A stretch of DNA of 64,000 nt, taken from the NCBI GenBank assembly GCA_040401975.1, contig JBBANL010000009.1, forward strand, positions 8,257 through 72,256. The letters are read 5' to 3'. Of this stretch, positions 61,001 through 64,000 are shown one piece after another. The notes below the pieces were generated by a model, which worked only from the letters and a program-made list of their open reading frames with translations, searched no databases and was not told the DNA's origin. The first letter of the stretch is position 1. Every line of letters begins with the position of its first letter. The position numbers and the translations under genes were made by a program. The DNA is from Ilumatobacteraceae bacterium (GTDB lineage: Bacteria > Actinomycetota > Acidimicrobiia > Acidimicrobiales > Ilumatobacteraceae).

Positions 61001-61963
61001 GTGAGTCGCCGCAACCAGAACCCACACGAGTTGTTCGACGCTGCCTGCGCCGGCGACCGTGCTGCTCTGGCGCGTGTCCTGTCGTTGCTCGAACGCGGCG
61101 ACGCGGTCGCCCGAGAGGTCGGTCGTCTGGCCTACCAGCGCGGCGGTCACGGATACACCGTCGGCATCACGGGCGCGCCGGGCGCCGGCAAGAGCACGTT
61201 GACGAGTGCGGTCATCAAGCACCTCCGGTCGATGCAGATGGAGATCGCGGTTCTCGCGATCGACCCTTCGTCGCCGTTCACCGGCGGCGCAATCCTCGGC
61301 GACCGCGTTCGCATGCAGGATCATGCAACCGACCCGGGCGTGTTCATCCGCTCGATGGCCACCCGCGGTCACCTCGGCGGGTTGTCACTGTCGACACCCG
61401 AGGCAATCCGCATGCTCGATGCCGTCGGACGCGAGTGGATCCTCGTCGAGACGGTCGGTGTCGGTCAGGTCGAAGTCGAGATTGCCGGCAAAGCCGACAC
61501 AACGGTGGTGGTGTTGAACCCGGGCTGGGGCGACTCGGTGCAGGCGAACAAGGCGGGCCTCATGGAGATCGCCGACATCTTCGTCATCAACAAGGCCGAC
61601 CGGAAGGGCGTCGAAGAAACCCGGCGCGACATCGAACAGATGCTCGAGTTGAGCGATCTTCCCCACGAGGCCTGGCGACCGCCGATCATCGCCACCGTCG
61701 GCAACACCGGCGACGGAGTGCCCGCGTTGTGGGACTCCATCTGCGAACACCGCGCGGCGATCGAGTCGTCGGGCGAACTTGTGAAGCGCCGCGAGTTCAG
61801 ACTGCGCGAGGAACTGCGCGAGATCGTGGCGCGTCGTCTCGAACAGCGCGCCCGCGACATCTGCACGGGTGAACGGTGGGACGCGCTCCAGAACGGTGTG
61901 CTCGCCCGCACCATCGACCCCTGGTCGGCGGCCGACGAAATGTTGAAAGGTGTGGGGGCATGA
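61001..61963 (+). CDS. meaB: Methylmalonyl-CoA-mutase-associated G3E GTPase (MeaB/ArgK)
   Basis: 320 aa with GAPGAGKST P-loop and INKADR motifs. Confidence 0.9.
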   Translation: MSRRNQNPHELFDAACAGDRAALARVLSLLERGDAVAREVGRLAYQRGGHGYTVGITGAPGAGKSTLTSAVIKHLRSMQMEIAVLAIDPSSPFTGGAILGDRVRMQDHATDPGVFIRSMATRGHLGGLSLSTPEAIRMLDAVGREWILVETVGVGQVEVEIAGKADTTVVVLNPGWGDSVQANKAGLMEIADIFVINKADRKGVEETRRDIEQMLELSDLPHEAWRPPIIATVGNTGDGVPALWDSICEHRAAIESSGELVKRREFRLREELREIVARRLEQRARDICTGERWDALQNGVLARTIDPWSAADEMLKGVGA

Positions 61964-62745
61964 ACTCCGATCATGACTTGGTTCTCCTGGAGCGGACGCC
62001 GTCGAGTGTCTTCGTTCTCACGCTCAACTCGCCGAAGGTCAACGCGTTGTCGACGGCGATGCTCGACAGACTGCACCACCTCATGACCGACCTCACGCTT
62101 GTCGGGAGCGAGAAGCCCGTCATCATCACGGGTGGCGACAGACTTTTCGCGGCCGGTGCCGAGATCTCCGAGTTCGGCGGGCCCGACGAAGCAGCGCGCA
62201 TCGGCGCAGCATTCCACCGCACTCTCAACGCCGTGGCGGCGTACCCGGGCTTCGTGATCGCGGCTGTCAGTGGGTACGCACTCGGTGGCGGGTGCGAACT
62301 CGCGATGGCTTGCGACTACCGCATCGCATCCACCAAGGCGGTGTTCGGTCAGCCCGAGATTCTGCTCGGCATCATTCCCGGCGGCGGGGGAACGCAGCGA
62401 CTCCCGCGACTCGTCGGACCGGGTCGCGCGAAAGAATTGATGATCACCGGTCGCCAGGTGAAGGCCGACGAGGCCCTTCGCATCGGTCTTGCCGACGAAG
62501 TCGTCGAACCCGACCAACTGATGACACGGGCACGCGACCTCGCCGAGAGCATCGCCGCAGGTGCCACTCGTGCGTCGAGCATCATCAAGCGCGTGGTCGA
62601 TGCAGGCATGAACACCACCATCGAAGAAGGCCTGCGCGGGGAGCTCGAGGGATTCGTCGAGGTGTTCGGCACGAACGACAGCCAGACCGGCGTGAAGAGT
62701 TTCCTCGAGAACGGCCCGGGCAAGGCAACATTCAGAGGGAACTAG
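61960..62745 (+). CDS. Enoyl-CoA hydratase/isomerase family protein
   Basis: ATG 61960 overlaps the meaB stop. GYALGGGCELAMACD crotonase motif. Confidence 0.9.
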   Translation: MNSDHDLVLLERTPSSVFVLTLNSPKVNALSTAMLDRLHHLMTDLTLVGSEKPVIITGGDRLFAAGAEISEFGGPDEAARIGAAFHRTLNAVAAYPGFVIAAVSGYALGGGCELAMACDYRIASTKAVFGQPEILLGIIPGGGGTQRLPRLVGPGRAKELMITGRQVKADEALRIGLADEVVEPDQLMTRARDLAESIAAGATRASSIIKRVVDAGMNTTIEEGLRGELEGFVEVFGTNDSQTGVKSFLENGPGKATFRGN

Positions 62746-62746
62746 G

Positions 62747-63451
62747 GTGAACCACTTCCGGGCGGCGGACGCACGCCGTTTCGTGAACGCCGCATTCGTG
62801 ATCGGTGTCGCTTTCGTGATCTTCGGCATGTCGTTCGGCGTGCTCGCGGTGTCGGCGGGGGCGTCGGTGTGGCAGTCGTGCGCGATGTCGCTGCTCGTGT
62901 TCACCGGGGCATCGCAGATGTCTGCGGTCAGTGTTCTCGCCTCGGGCGGAACCGCCGCCAGCGCTTTCGGCGGTGCAGTTCTGCTGGCGGGGCGCAACGC
63001 CGTCTACGGACTCGCGTTGTCGCCCGTGCTGAAGAAGAGTTCTCTGCCCGCACGGTTGGTCGGTGCGCAGTGGGTCATCGACGAAACGACCGCGCTCGTC
63101 TCCGCCGAACCGGACGACGAGGTGCGACGCACCGCATTCTGGGTGTCGGCACCGATTCTCTATGCGAGCTGGAACCTCGGCACGTTGCTCGGTGCGGTGA
63201 TCGGGTCGAACATCGATCCGAGCGATTTCGGTCTCGACGCTGCATTCCCCGTGATGTTCGTTGCCATGCTCGCTCCGCACCTGCGCACCACTGCGGGAAA
63301 ACGCGCCGCGGTGTTCGGTGCCGTGGTTGCGGTCGCGCTGGCACCGTTCATGCCGATCGGTCTGCCGATTCTCGTGTCGGCGGCGGGGATGTTGTTCGGG
63401 ATTGCACCCGCCGGCACTGCGCGTGTCGCCAACACGGACGGCGCGCCGTGA
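62747..63451 (+). CDS. azlC: AzlC-family branched-chain amino acid exporter subunit
   Basis: 234 aa, polytopic. FTGASQMS motif typical of AzlC. Confidence 0.8.
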   Translation: MNHFRAADARRFVNAAFVIGVAFVIFGMSFGVLAVSAGASVWQSCAMSLLVFTGASQMSAVSVLASGGTAASAFGGAVLLAGRNAVYGLALSPVLKKSSLPARLVGAQWVIDETTALVSAEPDDEVRRTAFWVSAPILYASWNLGTLLGAVIGSNIDPSDFGLDAAFPVMFVAMLAPHLRTTAGKRAAVFGAVVAVALAPFMPIGLPILVSAAGMLFGIAPAGTARVANTDGAP

Positions 63452-63750
63452 CCTGGGCGTTGGTGTTTGCGTTGTCGGCCGCCGCGTACGGTCTGAAACT
63501 TCTCGGCGCAGTCATCGTCGGCCAGAGAACGATGCCTCCCGTGGTCGAGCGGTGCCTGTTGTTGATCCCGGCCGCGCTTCTCGCCGGGCTGATCGCAAAG
63601 GACACCTTCACGATCGGTCAGTCGATCGGTGTCGATGCACGTGCGGCGGGCCTTGCGGTGGCGACGGTGGCCACGTGGAAGAAGATGCCGTTCGCGGTGA
63701 TCATCGTGCTGGGCGTTGGCACGACCGCCCTGATACGACTGTTCGCCTAG
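63448..63750 (+). CDS. azlD: AzlD-family small membrane protein
   Basis: GTG 63448 overlaps the azlC stop (GTGA). About 100 aa with three to four helices. Confidence 0.7.
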   Translation: MTWALVFALSAAAYGLKLLGAVIVGQRTMPPVVERCLLLIPAALLAGLIAKDTFTIGQSIGVDARAAGLAVATVATWKKMPFAVIIVLGVGTTALIRLFA

Positions 63751-64000
63751 GCGGCTTCGACGAGTTTCTTCAACTCGCGCAGATTGCGTCGCCAGATTGC
63801 CTTCATCACGATCTGGCCGCCGACGAATGCTCCGATCGGACCGCCGAGCCACCAAGGAAACACGAGTGACTCGGTCCAGGTGAAACGGGTTCCGGTCTCA
63901 CCGATCGGCTCGAGGGTGAATTCGCCCGTTCCCGTGACGACTCCTGTGTGGGTGACGCCCATGACCTTCTCGGGTTCCCATGCGGTGATGGTCATGACAT
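63747..64000 (-). CDS. SRPBCC (polyketide cyclase/START-like) protein. C-terminal part only; the N-terminus lies beyond the window.
   Basis: The frame stays open to the window edge. ...GTGEFTLEPIGETGTRFTWTESLVFPWWLGGPIGAF... is typical of the SRPBCC family. Confidence 0.6.
   Translation of the reverse strand, partial: VMTITAWEPEKVMGVTHTGVVTGTGEFTLEPIGETGTRFTWTESLVFPWWLGGPIGAFVGGQIVMKAIWRRNLRELKKLVEAA

Overview
High-GC actinobacterial chromosomal segment with almost no non-coding space. The backbone follows a deeply conserved order: argS-lysA-hom-thrC ... rho-rpmE-prfA-prmC ... rpiB-glyA-wecA-atp operon ... murA. As I recall it, this matches M. tuberculosis Rv1292-Rv1315. Accessory genes are wedged into that backbone at several points.

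Left arm (1-19 kb):
- the conserved actinobacterial SCO1664/DUF3090/phosphomutase trio
- DNA-repair genes (family-5 UDG, Ogt)
- a nitrogen cluster on the minus strand
- a TetR-controlled pair of TauD/TfdA dioxygenases
- tRNA-Arg(CCG)

Two regions look most worth follow-up.

(1) Nitrogen cluster, 3.3-11.1 kb. It contains two mirrored PII/Amt units separated by a strong intrinsic terminator, and an FrhB-type Fe-S flavoprotein as the tail gene. Upstream lies a CPA2 (Kef-like) antiporter fused to a GlnD-like tail with two ACT domains but no nucleotidyltransferase or HD signature. That gene is preceded by a receiver-less OmpR-type winged-helix gene. All three transcription units carry 11-bp-phased GTGAAY/GTTTCG direct repeats, including a 19/20-identical 20-mer at two loci.

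(2) A ~5.1 kb island that sits exactly where thrB normally lies, between thrC and rho. It encodes:
- a SpoT-hydrolase-like HD protein, DUF1810, a CX5R phosphatase and a 56-aa acidic ORF in one tight operon
- several unlisted mini-ORFs
- a DUF6508-like plus Cys-cluster protein whose 3' end overlaps a convergent small HDAC-like deacetylase

No CRISPR array, integrase or transposase was seen. All family names come from motif recognition by eye. No database search was run.
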